A stretch of 64,000 bases of DNA, taken from contig JAYTHY010000046.1 of the NCBI GenBank assembly GCA_043732185.1, forward strand, positions 32,001 through 96,000. Direction: 5' to 3'. This DNA is from Fibrobacteria bacterium (lineage in GTDB: Bacteria > Fibrobacterota > Fibrobacteria > UBA11236). The notes beneath the pieces were generated by a model. That model did not search any database. It saw only the letters and a program-made list of their open reading frames with translations, and was not told where the DNA came from. A program made the position numbers and the translations under genes. Positions 30,283-40,186 of the stretch are shown piece by piece (positions within the stretch are counted from its first letter, which is position 1; every line of letters starts with the position of its first letter).

Positions 30283-31683
30283 ATGCAAACTGAAGAAGAA
30301 TCGGAAAACGCCCAGAACCAGGACATGCTCTCCAAGGAATTGGTGATGAGTTCATTGGTTCATGAAGTAACCCGGGTACTCAGCTCCGCGGCCACCTTGA
30401 ATCAAGCCTTGGATGCTTTTCTGCTGGGCATCATGGAATTGACCGGGGTCCAAAATATGGCCCTGTTTGTGGTCCGGGAAGGACAATCCGATCTCATCTC
30501 TACCCATTCCTTAGGTTTGCCGGAAGCCGTTTTAGAGGGCCTGAATCCCCTGCCAAAAGCTGGCCCGATTCAAGACTGCCTCTCCTCCTTAAGACATATT
30601 CTTGTCGACGCCCTACCCGACCACGATCCATTTAAATGTACCGATGCGGGCAGCTATCTCTTGATGCCGGTAACCGCGCGCTTGGCGGAATCCGATCCGG
30701 AAAAGCCTTCGCAGATTCGTTCACTGGGAGTTCTATGGCTGGATACCACGCCACCTGGACCGGAACTTACTGGACAAACCATATCCCACCTTTCCGGCCT
30801 CACTCAACAAGCCGGATTGATCATGGAAACCTTCCGCGCCCAGCGGGAACTGGCTACGGCCAATGTTGAACTCAAAACCATCAACACCAAACTCAATGAA
30901 GCGTACGTCGCCTTAAGCAAAGCCCAAAAGATGATCGACGAAGATTTGGACCGTGCCCGAATCATCCAGAATAATTTGTTGCCTTCTTTCTTTCCCAATC
31001 ATTTGATCCGCCGCATCGCCTTCCGCTACATTCCCGCGGGCATGGTAGGTGGCGACTATTACGATTGCTTTGAACTCGATGCCAATAGGCTTGGCATTGT
31101 GATAGCAGACGTCTCTGGGCATGGTATTGGCGCTGCCCTAGTCATGTCCATGTTCAAGGTGCTGCTGCGTACTTTTTCCGCAGAGGATCCGTCGCCTTGT
31201 TCGGTACTCAATCGCATCAACGCAACCTTTATGCAACAGCAATTGGGCTCCGCCAAGTTCGTCACAGCATTCTATGCCATATTCGACAAACCCGCCCGAA
31301 CATTCACGTTTTGCAATGCCGGTCATGTGGCTCAATTGTTAAGGCATGATGCCGGACTTGGGCCCCCTTGCATGATGGAACTGGCATCCAGCGGATTGGT
31401 GCTAGGCATGTTTGCAGACACTTTTCTGCAGGATGCCACTGTTGAACTGGCCCCCAAGGCGCGGGTTTTTCTTTTCACGGATGGAATCACCGAGGCGCAT
31501 GGTGTGAATGGAAAAATGTTCGGGCTTGAGCCTTTAATGGAGTTGGTACTCGGATCCAATGGAGAACATCCGGCGGCTCTGATCGATTCTTTGATGCAAA
31601 CGCGGGCAGATTTTCTTGGCGGCTCGGAGCAGGCATCAGGTGAATTGGCGGACGACGCCACCCTTGTTATCCTTGACTTGTGA
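30283..31683 (+). CDS. GAF-like domain + SpoIIE/PP2C-type Ser phosphatase
   Basis: ARIIQNNLLP, VGGDYYD, IADVSGHGIGAAL, CNAGH, FTDGITEA, DDATLV. Extended -10 TGGTATAAT upstream. Confidence 0.9.
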   Translation: MQTEEESENAQNQDMLSKELVMSSLVHEVTRVLSSAATLNQALDAFLLGIMELTGVQNMALFVVREGQSDLISTHSLGLPEAVLEGLNPLPKAGPIQDCLSSLRHILVDALPDHDPFKCTDAGSYLLMPVTARLAESDPEKPSQIRSLGVLWLDTTPPGPELTGQTISHLSGLTQQAGLIMETFRAQRELATANVELKTINTKLNEAYVALSKAQKMIDEDLDRARIIQNNLLPSFFPNHLIRRIAFRYIPAGMVGGDYYDCFELDANRLGIVIADVSGHGIGAALVMSMFKVLLRTFSAEDPSPCSVLNRINATFMQQQLGSAKFVTAFYAIFDKPARTFTFCNAGHVAQLLRHDAGLGPPCMMELASSGLVLGMFADTFLQDATVELAPKARVFLFTDGITEAHGVNGKMFGLEPLMELVLGSNGEHPAALIDSLMQTRADFLGGSEQASGELADDATLVILDL

Positions 31684-32444
31684 GTCCAACCCAACCCATT
31701 ATTCTCAAGCCTTTTCCGGAATGGGAAAATCGGTTCCGGGCGGGATTTACCACTCGATTAGGCGGATTCAGTTCGGGCCGTTATGCCGGACTCAATCTTG
31801 GCTATCGTTGCGGGGATGATTTCCACACGGCAAATAAAAATTGGGATGCCGTACGATTGGAATCCGGCTTGATGGGGAAACCCCTCATGCTACCTCAGCT
31901 GGTGCATGGAGACGTCATGGCAGATGCGGATTTGACCACAACTACCGATGAACCCATTGCGCCTTTAATCGCCGATGCCATTTACAGTCGGTCGCGTGCT
32001 GCCATTTTGGCCGTAACCATGGCGGACTGCCTAACCGCATTGATTTGTGATCCAGAGTCTGGAACCATCGCAGCCGTGCACGCGGGTTGGCGGGGAACAA
32101 ACTTGGGTATCTTAGGAAAATCGCTGCACACCCTGACTGTCAAAGGTGTTATTGTACCAGGAAATACCTGGGTGGCTTTCGGACCTTGCCTTAGGCCACA
32201 ATCCATGGAAATTGGAACCGAAGTGGCTAACCAACTGGACCCTCAATTTGTGATCCAGCGAGAAAATAAGATCTATTTCGATTTGCCCGGATGCAATCAA
32301 GCGCAAGCCTTGCAGGCTGGCATTCTCCCCGAACATTTGCGGGACCTTGGGGGTGATACGCTGCAGGAGCCTGGACGTTTTTTTTCTTTCCGACGCGAGG
32401 GGCAGGCTTCCGGACGCATGGCCGCCTTTATTTCCCTAGTTTAA
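31680..32444 (+). CDS. pgeF: PgeF/YfiH family protein (purine nucleoside phosphorylase / peptidoglycan editing factor)
   Basis: FTTRLGG, LNLG, QLVHG, TMADC, AVHAGWRG, FFSFRR...GRM. Confidence 0.9.
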   Translation: MSPTQPIILKPFPEWENRFRAGFTTRLGGFSSGRYAGLNLGYRCGDDFHTANKNWDAVRLESGLMGKPLMLPQLVHGDVMADADLTTTTDEPIAPLIADAIYSRSRAAILAVTMADCLTALICDPESGTIAAVHAGWRGTNLGILGKSLHTLTVKGVIVPGNTWVAFGPCLRPQSMEIGTEVANQLDPQFVIQRENKIYFDLPGCNQAQALQAGILPEHLRDLGGDTLQEPGRFFSFRREGQASGRMAAFISLV

Positions 32445-32465
32445 TTAGCCCCTAACCTCAAATTA

Positions 32466-32494
32466 TTGCAAATTAAGTCTGGAATACTTATTCT
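32466..32494 (+). promoter_or_regulatory. sigma70-like promoter
   Basis: TTGCAA-17 nt-TATTCT, then GGAGA SD. Confidence 0.5.
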
Positions 32495-32524
32495 ATTCTC
32501 GATAGTACACCCCCTGGAGAAAAC

Positions 32525-33277
32525 ATGAAAACAGCGTTGATCCGAACCCTAACTTTTTCCGCTCTTGCAGTGGTTTATTCACATGCCATTTTCGGTATCG
32601 GCGGGCAATGGGCCCCGGCTCCAAGCCTAGAGGTCAAAGCGAGCAAGGATGTAGTTGCTGGTTCGGGTGCAACAGCGATTTCCTTGGACCAGGCCAAAGT
32701 ATCTGGGCTACAGGGATTTGGGCTTAAACTTTGGGTTGATGCTCTCCCCTTTATCGACATTGAAGGTGGTAGCAATGTCCAATGGGGATATTATGATCTG
32801 TCCATACTCAGTCCAGCAGATACCGTTCCCGTCAAGTTTGACCTAAATGTGCCAGGCGTGCAAGGCAAGCCTGCCTTTGCCCGCATCGTCAGTGATGTGA
32901 CTATTCTTTACCCTTTCCTAAAACTGCCTCCATTGGTGTCGATTCTAAAGCTATACGCAGGCGCAGGCCTTACGCATGTACTGGCTACTGAAGTGCTGAA
33001 TGCTGAGTTCGGTAAAAAAGCGGTAGACAAGGCCTTGGCAAGCGGCAAGCCAGCCGGCACTGCTCAAGAAGTTTCAACCATTTTGGCAAAATCAATTACC
33101 GATGAAGGCCTCAAAAGTGGGATTGGATTCCATCTTGAATTTGGAGCCAAGGCCAAGGTTCCCGTCATTCCCATCGCAGTCTTCGCGGATGTCAAATACC
33201 ATTTCCTGAACAGCATGCCCAAAGCAGCTGATAGCAATAGCATGACTTATGAACTCGGCGCAGCCTTAGCTTTTTAA
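32525..33277 (+). CDS. Outer-membrane beta-barrel protein
   Basis: Signal peptide, YAGAG, FADVKYHF and terminal YELGAALAF beta-signal. Confidence 0.7.
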   Translation: MKTALIRTLTFSALAVVYSHAIFGIGGQWAPAPSLEVKASKDVVAGSGATAISLDQAKVSGLQGFGLKLWVDALPFIDIEGGSNVQWGYYDLSILSPADTVPVKFDLNVPGVQGKPAFARIVSDVTILYPFLKLPPLVSILKLYAGAGLTHVLATEVLNAEFGKKAVDKALASGKPAGTAQEVSTILAKSITDEGLKSGIGFHLEFGAKAKVPVIPIAVFADVKYHFLNSMPKAADSNSMTYELGAALAF

Positions 33278-33363
33278 ACCCATCTGAATTGAACGCTATG
33301 ATAAGGGAAACCGGCTTAACCTTCAGGTAGCCGTATAGCCAGGTAGCCGGTGCTTGAATGTAA

Positions 33364-34512
33364 TCAGGTAGCCGGTGCCTGCACTTCGATTTGCCGAGCC
33401 ATTAAGACATGCGCGGGGAGGAGATTGGCCTTCCCCTTTTGACGCAGGGCCCCGATCACTTCATCCAACATTTCTTGCGTGCACAGATGCCGCCCCAGTT
33501 GCTTTGGGGTCTTTCCCCATAGGCTGATGCGAGGCTGCTCGTTCCAAATACTTTCCAACACCCATTCCAACTCTGGAATGGCGATCGTTGCCGTAGCCAA
33601 GTCCTGGGCCATACGGGTAAGTAGACAGGAGCTTAATTCCCATTCGTGTAGGAGGGCTGGAAAAGACCAAGACCCTTCCAATTCCTTGCCGATAAATTCT
33701 TCCCATCTAACCAGGGCTTGCAAATAATTTTCACTCGGTATGGGCATATCCACGCAGAAATCCATCCAATGCGCATGAGACCAAATTTTCTTCTCGAGAG
33801 AAAATGCGGATAATCCATTTGGGCTCAGACGGAGACAGGTCAGACTCCTAGACCGGAGTTCATTGCCAGTGTAGTACGTGGGTGCGGTGAGCAGCACGGC
33901 TTCAGCGACATTTACATTGATGGACCGCAAGGGTGTGCGAAACACCTGCATAAAACAGGCATCCTTGGAAGGTTTTAGCGGCGAGATCCACCAAGGCAAA
34001 TGGTCATTTGGGCTGTAGAGAATTTCCTTGCCCGTTCCCAAATCGCGGCCGTAAAACCGAACGCCGTCATCGTGCATACCCATAAATTCTACCAGCGCGG
34101 TTTCAGCCTCTCCCAGACGCAATGCCAACACCTCTTCCAGCTGGGTATTGAACTCGGTTTCCTTTAGAAAAATCTCATGGATACTGCCGTCATTCTGTGG
34201 GACATCGAGCAGGTAGTAGGCCAAAAAGCGGCCGAAGGTTGCGGGATAATCGCTGCTTGGATAAGACCAGTGGTAGCCGCGACTGTTGATGGGCCCAAGG
34301 AAAGCCGCCAGGTGTTTCTTTTCCTCAAAACGCTCTGGTTGGGACATGGCAAAAGTACAGAGCTTCTGCCATTCCAATCCGATCAAATTGGCTTGCTGGG
34401 ATACTGGGAATTTATATTTCCGCTTCACAACGTCATCCTCATTCCCAGAGAGTGCAACCTGCACCGTTTCGGGTCTCTGATGAGAATACGGGGTGGCCGC
34501 CAAAACCGGCAA
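33364..34512 (-). CDS. Hypothetical protein resembling SEC-C-associated proteins, with a C-terminal W..P..L.GKTP motif
   Basis: FLAYYLLD...DGSIHEIFL, RDLGTGKE and WNEQPRISLWGKTPKQ. Start uncertain. Confidence 0.55.
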   Translation of the reverse strand: MPVLAATPYSHQRPETVQVALSGNEDDVVKRKYKFPVSQQANLIGLEWQKLCTFAMSQPERFEEKKHLAAFLGPINSRGYHWSYPSSDYPATFGRFLAYYLLDVPQNDGSIHEIFLKETEFNTQLEEVLALRLGEAETALVEFMGMHDDGVRFYGRDLGTGKEILYSPNDHLPWWISPLKPSKDACFMQVFRTPLRSINVNVAEAVLLTAPTYYTGNELRSRSLTCLRLSPNGLSAFSLEKKIWSHAHWMDFCVDMPIPSENYLQALVRWEEFIGKELEGSWSFPALLHEWELSSCLLTRMAQDLATATIAIPELEWVLESIWNEQPRISLWGKTPKQLGRHLCTQEMLDEVIGALRQKGKANLLPAHVLMARQIEVQAPAT

Positions 34513-34597
34513 GTTTAACAGTTAAGCATTATGAGCGAATTCGTTGCAATTCCCGTTTTATCGGGAAGGAGAAACTAAAAAAACCCAATCCGGGAAT

Positions 34598-36067
34598 TCA
34601 GGGGAGATAGGAGTTGTAGTTGATCCGCTCCACACCGGCATCCGTGCCGATCCAGAGTTTTCCAGCTGCTACGGAAAAGTTCAACACTTTAGAGCCGGGA
34701 ATGCCATCCTGAAGTCGGAAATCGGTCCATAGTTTTTTTTGCAAATCATATACGGTAACGCCGGTATAGAAGGCCACAAACAATAAGTCGCCTTCGAATC
34801 GGATGCGGAAGGCTTGGTCGCGCTCAAGTAACACTTTGACCGGCTGCTTCTTGGCTTTAACCATAATGCGATTGCCGTTGATCCAGTACAAACTGGTGTC
34901 GTGATAGGCCACGGAAGGGACCGTGACCAAGGTTGCTTCCGGAACATCTTTTCCTGACACGGACTTTAGGTCTTTCCACCCACTGGCTTGATGGACAAAG
35001 AGACCCAAGCGTGTGGCCGCCCACAAATCCCGATCTTTGGAAACTAAATCGTACACTGGCAGGCCACCTTGGTTAAGCGATTCCATTGCTTGGAAATCTC
35101 CCTGCGGATCGGTTAAATAGGCAACACCTGTTTCCGAGGCCGCGTACAGGCTTCCATCATGCACATGTAAGGAGTTGACACGCACATTTGTACCGCCCAT
35201 AAAATTTTGCAACATCCGAAACTGTCCCGTTACCGGATCATGGCGGACAACGCCTTTTTCAGTTGCCAACCAAATAAAACCCTTCCATTCCTTTATATCG
35301 TGGATGCAGCCATCCCCAAATCCCGTTTCCATCTGCGCTGGAAAAACTTTCCATCCCGTAAGGTCGGATTTGGCTGTCACTAAGGATCCATTGCTGGAAC
35401 CGCCGAGACCTGACGCTGCCGATAAATCGGTGCGGCAAGCGCCAAACCAAACATTGCCCCCTTGTTGATACACAACCTGCGCGGCCGGATCCTCAAGCCC
35501 AAACCAGAAAGAGGAAACAGACTTGCGACGTATAGAGCCATAGAACGGTCCCAAGCCGGAAGTCAAAACCCAAAGGTTGTCATAGTCGAATACGGCAGCT
35601 TTTGAAACAGGGGCCCGGCGCATGTATTTGTCGCGGATGGCATCGCCCAGGAAAAAATTATTGCCATCCATTGTCAGGCCATTTAAATCTGGTACGGTGC
35701 CCGAACCATCGGCGGCGATGAAATCTTCATGCGACGCATCAGTAAGCCGGCGAAAGGTGGAGTTGTATTCCAGCACTCGCCCACCTTCAATTTGCAAGTA
35801 CACCTTGGAACGGTTTTGGGAATAACGAATGGATGAGATGGGAAGACCTGGGGCGAGATTGTCCACCCAAGTCGAACGGCGATAATCGTACATGAGCACA
35901 CCGCTTTCGGTGAGCATGTAGGCGTTTTTGGAATCGCCAACAATCTGGGTTGGTTTTTTGTGGGTTGAGAAGAAGAAAAGATCCTGGGTTTGTAGATTTG
36001 CCGAATGCAGGGGCAAACTAAGGGCCAGCGCCAATACGACCGTAGTGCAGGCTATGCGAATATTCAT
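34598..36067 (-). CDS. Secreted beta-propeller protein (two-component-regulator propeller-like)
   Basis: Signal peptide and repeated IWLATEKGV / LYAASETGV / LWAATRLGL / LWIGTDAGV blades. Confidence 0.8.
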   Translation of the reverse strand: MNIRIACTTVVLALALSLPLHSANLQTQDLFFFSTHKKPTQIVGDSKNAYMLTESGVLMYDYRRSTWVDNLAPGLPISSIRYSQNRSKVYLQIEGGRVLEYNSTFRRLTDASHEDFIAADGSGTVPDLNGLTMDGNNFFLGDAIRDKYMRRAPVSKAAVFDYDNLWVLTSGLGPFYGSIRRKSVSSFWFGLEDPAAQVVYQQGGNVWFGACRTDLSAASGLGGSSNGSLVTAKSDLTGWKVFPAQMETGFGDGCIHDIKEWKGFIWLATEKGVVRHDPVTGQFRMLQNFMGGTNVRVNSLHVHDGSLYAASETGVAYLTDPQGDFQAMESLNQGGLPVYDLVSKDRDLWAATRLGLFVHQASGWKDLKSVSGKDVPEATLVTVPSVAYHDTSLYWINGNRIMVKAKKQPVKVLLERDQAFRIRFEGDLLFVAFYTGVTVYDLQKKLWTDFRLQDGIPGSKVLNFSVAAGKLWIGTDAGVERINYNSYLP

Positions 36068-36947
36068 CAAGTATGGCTTGTAAATCAAATCCGTTAAACC
36101 TCTGACCTAGAAGATCCATATCCTGGCGCAATTTGGCAAGTTCCCGGGGATCTTCGATGAGTAGCAGCCTCAATGCCTGGGCACGTAGGCCCGGAATATT
36201 CAAACCTAACTCGCCATAAATGGCAACCGCGCGGGAATTGGACTCCTGGGCGGCTTCACGCTGACCCAATGAAAACAGACATATAGCTTGCTGATTGAGG
36301 CAGGCGGCTACTTTGGCTAAGCGACCTTGATCGCGATAATAGATAATTGCTTGTTGCCAAAAGGGCTCAGCTACACTGAACTCCTTCCGTGCCATCGCCG
36401 CCATGGCCTGCAAACCGGACGTGCGACCTTGATCCAACCTGCCCAGGTGCTTTGCAAATGCCTCGAACTCCTGCGACCATTCACTGGGATCTCGGGATTG
36501 AATGAGGTAGCGCAGTCGGTCCAACTGCATCACCCGCTCTTTGTCGTTTTCACCCTTGGCCAGCTGCAAGGAAGAATCAACCAGTAAGAGCGCCTGCGGA
36601 AATTTTCGTTCCTGATAAGCAAGCTGCGATCGCTTCCATATGATAAGCGATCGTAGAGAATTATCCCGTGTGGACAATCCTTCCAGAAGTCTGCCAGCTT
36701 CTCCATAATCCATTGCTTCCAGTTCTACGTCAGCAAGATTGATGGTTGCCTTGGCGATCCAATCCTCTTTGCCTTTAAGCACGGCATCCTGAAGCGCCTT
36801 ATTAAAAAACAACCGCGCCAAATCGTATTTGCCCGCAGCGTAAGCCGCCATTCCCCGTTCGGCGTATTTTGGCGAATCATCTGCCTGAGACCTTGTCGCA
36901 CAAATAAGAAGAATACTTAACGCAAAACCGAAAACTAAGCGCTGCAT
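36018..36947 (-). CDS. Secreted TPR protein
   Basis: Signal peptide and TPR helices. Its start abuts the mlaD stop. Confidence 0.8.
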   Translation of the reverse strand: MQRLVFGFALSILLICATRSQADDSPKYAERGMAAYAAGKYDLARLFFNKALQDAVLKGKEDWIAKATINLADVELEAMDYGEAGRLLEGLSTRDNSLRSLIIWKRSQLAYQERKFPQALLLVDSSLQLAKGENDKERVMQLDRLRYLIQSRDPSEWSQEFEAFAKHLGRLDQGRTSGLQAMAAMARKEFSVAEPFWQQAIIYYRDQGRLAKVAACLNQQAICLFSLGQREAAQESNSRAVAIYGELGLNIPGLRAQALRLLLIEDPRELAKLRQDMDLLGQRFNGFDLQAILDEYSHSLHYGRIGAGP

Positions 36948-37898
36948 CTAAGGACCCGTTTCATTCAGTAATACGGGGTATTCGCCTTGCTTGGCCATCT
37001 TCCCCCGGATAAACCAAAGATGGGAAACCGCGTCCATCAAATCACCGGCCTGATCGAGTTTGCCCGCCCCTTGAAGCATAATTTGATCCATGCGTCTTAA
37101 AATGGTTTCACTTTGATCGGCCAACAAATTGGCATGCACGCTGAGCTTTTCAACTTGATCGGCCGTACGCACCAGACGACTGGAAGTGGTGTCTGCGCGG
37201 GACAAAAAGCCTCCCAAGCTAGAGTGGATGGTATCTGTCAACAACTGGACGCGACCCAGTACTTGCCGACCCTGACCCACCGCAGTATCCACGTGGTTCA
37301 CACTAGTCAAAAGATGATCGTACAATTCCCGCGAACCGAGCATGGCTCCTACCGTCGAAGCCGGATCCTTGCTCATGGTGGCAATGGTGTCGATGCTGTT
37401 GATCAGTTGATCCATTTTGCCCATGAGTTTGGTCAGGCCACTTAGGACGGACTCGATATCACGAGAATCCGATACGGCGAGAGTATCTCCGGAGTTGAGT
37501 ACCAGGCCGCCCGGTCCAGACGTCTCGATATTCACAACCCGATCAGAAACCAAATTTTTGTCCCGCAACGCGAAAGCCACGGATCTCGTGGTGATAAAGT
37601 CCTGGAATTTTTTATCCAAAGTTAGGTCCAGTACAACCTTGCCTCCCGACATCTTTACATCATGCGTCAACATCAAGTTCAATGACTGTACCCGGCCGAT
37701 TTTCACACCATTAAAAAGCACGTCGGCACCAGGACGCAGCCCTACGCCATTCTCAAATACTGCACTCAATTTATATTGCAATTCAAACACGCCCTTTTTC
37801 TCGAAAAGAACGATGATAAGGACGATAAAAGTCACCAAGGCACTGACTACAAAAAATCCGGTTAGCAAATTGCGGTGACGATAGAGATCCAGCTTCAT
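36948..37898 (-). CDS. mlaD: MlaD/MCE family protein
   Basis: N-terminal TM, FENGVGLRPGADVLFNGVKIGRV MCE signature and long helical tail. Confidence 0.9.
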   Translation of the reverse strand: MKLDLYRHRNLLTGFFVVSALVTFIVLIIVLFEKKGVFELQYKLSAVFENGVGLRPGADVLFNGVKIGRVQSLNLMLTHDVKMSGGKVVLDLTLDKKFQDFITTRSVAFALRDKNLVSDRVVNIETSGPGGLVLNSGDTLAVSDSRDIESVLSGLTKLMGKMDQLINSIDTIATMSKDPASTVGAMLGSRELYDHLLTSVNHVDTAVGQGRQVLGRVQLLTDTIHSSLGGFLSRADTTSSRLVRTADQVEKLSVHANLLADQSETILRRMDQIMLQGAGKLDQAGDLMDAVSHLWFIRGKMAKQGEYPVLLNETGP

Positions 37899-38668
37899 GC
37901 AGGACCCGCTGCGCTGGTCATATTGGCTTCTTCTTCCAATTGTCGGAATAGGTATTCAACAAAAGAATCCTGGCAATTCTTCAATTGTTCAAAATTCATC
38001 GGTTCAAGTAGCTCACCGTCCTTAAGCACTCCGATTTCACCACCCAGTTCACGAGCGGCCAGTAAATCATGGGTAACCAGAATCATGGAAACATGGTTGA
38101 TACGGCGAATATTGGCAATGAGTGCGAGTAAAACCGAACGGCTAATGCGATCCAGTCCTGCTGTGGGTTCGTCCATGAGAATGAGTTTGGGCCGCATGAT
38201 CATGGCTCTGGCCACCGCTGCGCGTTTGAGTATGCCGAGACTAAGCGATGCCGGGTACTGGTGTTGAAATTCCTTGATTAAAAGCATTTCCAAGGCATTG
38301 TCAACGCGGTAACGGATTTCATCTTCATCACCGACATTATGATAAATCAACGGCATCGCCACGTTTTCAAATATGGTTTTGGTGGAAAGCAGGGCCGGAC
38401 TTTGAAAGACAAATCCAACACTTCTCTTGAGTTCATTAAACTCGATGGCATTCAAAGTGGCTATATCCGTACCCAATAGGCGAATCACTCCGGCATCCGG
38501 TTTTTCCAGCCCAATCAACAGCCGTAAAATAGTGCTCTTGCCCTGACCGGACATACCACATATGATCAATATTTGGCCCGGAAGTACATGAAAATTGACG
38601 CGTTGGAGAACGGGCTCCTGTCCCGGATAGGCAAAACGCAAATTGGTCACAGAAGCTACCACGCTCAT
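37895..38668 (-). CDS. mlaF: MlaF-type ABC ATPase
   Basis: GMSGQGKS, GFVFQSPAL, LSLGILKR, ILMDEPTAGLD, VTHD. Confidence 0.9.
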   Translation of the reverse strand: MSVVASVTNLRFAYPGQEPVLQRVNFHVLPGQILIICGMSGQGKSTILRLLIGLEKPDAGVIRLLGTDIATLNAIEFNELKRSVGFVFQSPALLSTKTIFENVAMPLIYHNVGDEDEIRYRVDNALEMLLIKEFQHQYPASLSLGILKRAAVARAMIMRPKLILMDEPTAGLDRISRSVLLALIANIRRINHVSMILVTHDLLAARELGGEIGVLKDGELLEPMNFEQLKNCQDSFVEYLFRQLEEEANMTSAAGPA

Positions 38669-39489
38669 AAAAAACCAACTTTAGCCAAAAATGGAATGGC
38701 AAATAGAGTATCAAAAAGGGTGATGCAGATAAAACAGTTTACCACTCCATTGGTTGTGGCCTTTGGCACTTGGCGGATATCATTGGAAACATTGATGCCG
38801 TGATAACAAGATATGACGGAAACCAGGATGCCAAAGAATAGCGGTTTCACTACGCTAAGCAGGCCGTCTATCACACCCATAGAAGCCAAAATGCGTTCCA
38901 GAAAAAGGGATAGTGAAAGTTGCACCTCCGAAAATTCGGCCAGCGATACCGAAAGCAATTTGACTACCAAATAGCCTCCAAAAATGGCGACCACATTGAA
39001 AATAACGGTGAGACAAAACATGGAAATGAGGATGGCGGCAAAGGAGGGGTACACCAAGTAACGCACGGGATCGATGCCCATTGTTTTTAGTGCGTCGATT
39101 TCCTGTTGCACTTTCATATTGCCGAGGTAGGTCGTCAAGGCCGAACCCGTCCGACCAGCCACCAGGAAGGCCGTGAAGAGCGGGCCTACTTCACGAATCA
39201 CCACTAGCACCATGACATTTCCGAAATAATCCCCCGCCCCAATTTTCGGCATCACCGTTGAAGCTTGTAGGATGGTGGCGCTTCCAATGATCAAGGCCAA
39301 AAAAGCAACCAGGGGAATGGCTTCTACTCCGGTATGGTAGATTTGCCCAATCAGTTGCTCGAGACTTTGCTTGCGATTACCTTGGCGGTTTTGGACGGCG
39401 CACCATGAGGCCTCCAACCCTAACTCCATCAATTGCCCGATGTAGGACTTGCGATATCGCATTCCTATCCAAAAAAGTACATGGCTCAT
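38665..39489 (-). CDS. mlaE: MlaE-type ABC permease
   Basis: IREVGPLFTAFLVAGRTGSA, MKVQQEIDALKTMGIDPVRYLV, VPKATT. Confidence 0.92.
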   Translation of the reverse strand: MSHVLFWIGMRYRKSYIGQLMELGLEASWCAVQNRQGNRKQSLEQLIGQIYHTGVEAIPLVAFLALIIGSATILQASTVMPKIGAGDYFGNVMVLVVIREVGPLFTAFLVAGRTGSALTTYLGNMKVQQEIDALKTMGIDPVRYLVYPSFAAILISMFCLTVIFNVVAIFGGYLVVKLLSVSLAEFSEVQLSLSLFLERILASMGVIDGLLSVVKPLFFGILVSVISCYHGINVSNDIRQVPKATTNGVVNCFICITLFDTLFAIPFLAKVGFL

Positions 39490-39548
39490 TAGGCCTATTG
39501 TACACTAGGCACGCCATTCAAGGACAGCTCTGGAGAATTTGAGAAATA

Positions 39549-40148
39549 TTAGGAATTAGTTTTTTTCGGGGCTTGGAGAAGGATTTCCAGCTGTTCGAGC
39601 ACTTCTTCCCGGCCAATTTTTGCGTCTGCGCTCGTAAGTAGGGGCGGTTGGGGCAAGGCATGTCGCGAAGCAATTTGCTTTAAGGCTAGGCGAGCTTTTT
39701 CTTTTCCCAATTTATCCCCTTTTGTCGTCACTACCAAAAGAGGAATTTCAAAACCAGTCAGCCATTTCAAGGCTTCTGCATCTACGGGACTGTCTACCAT
39801 CCGTATGTCGATGAGATAAAGCAAACCAGATAGAGATCGGCAACTGCGGAAATAAATATCGATAGCGTCTTCCATGCTTCGTTTTTCTTCGCGGCCGGTT
39901 TTTGCGTAGCCGAAGCCGGGAATATCCACGAGGTAAAAAGCTTGGTTGATCAAGAAGAAATTAATGAGTTTGGTCTTACCCGGAACTTGGCTGGTCTTAA
40001 CCAAATTTTTTCGCTGAACAAGAAAATTCAGTAAAGAGGATTTTCCCACATTCGAACGTCCTGCCACGGCGATATGCGGCAATCCGTCCTTGGGATAATC
40101 CTTCGGTTCCAATGCGGAAAGTATAAAATCTGCGGATTTAATTTGCAT
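39549..40148 (-). CDS. engB: Ribosome biogenesis GTPase EngB (YihA/YsxC)
   Basis: GRSNVGKSSLLN, PGKTKLINFF, DIPGFGYA, TKGDK. Confidence 0.96.
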   Translation of the reverse strand: MQIKSADFILSALEPKDYPKDGLPHIAVAGRSNVGKSSLLNFLVQRKNLVKTSQVPGKTKLINFFLINQAFYLVDIPGFGYAKTGREEKRSMEDAIDIYFRSCRSLSGLLYLIDIRMVDSPVDAEALKWLTGFEIPLLVVTTKGDKLGKEKARLALKQIASRHALPQPPLLTSADAKIGREEVLEQLEILLQAPKKTNS

Positions 40149-40186
40149 GAATATCTGATTTGGGTTGAACGAGGCAAGGGAAGTCC

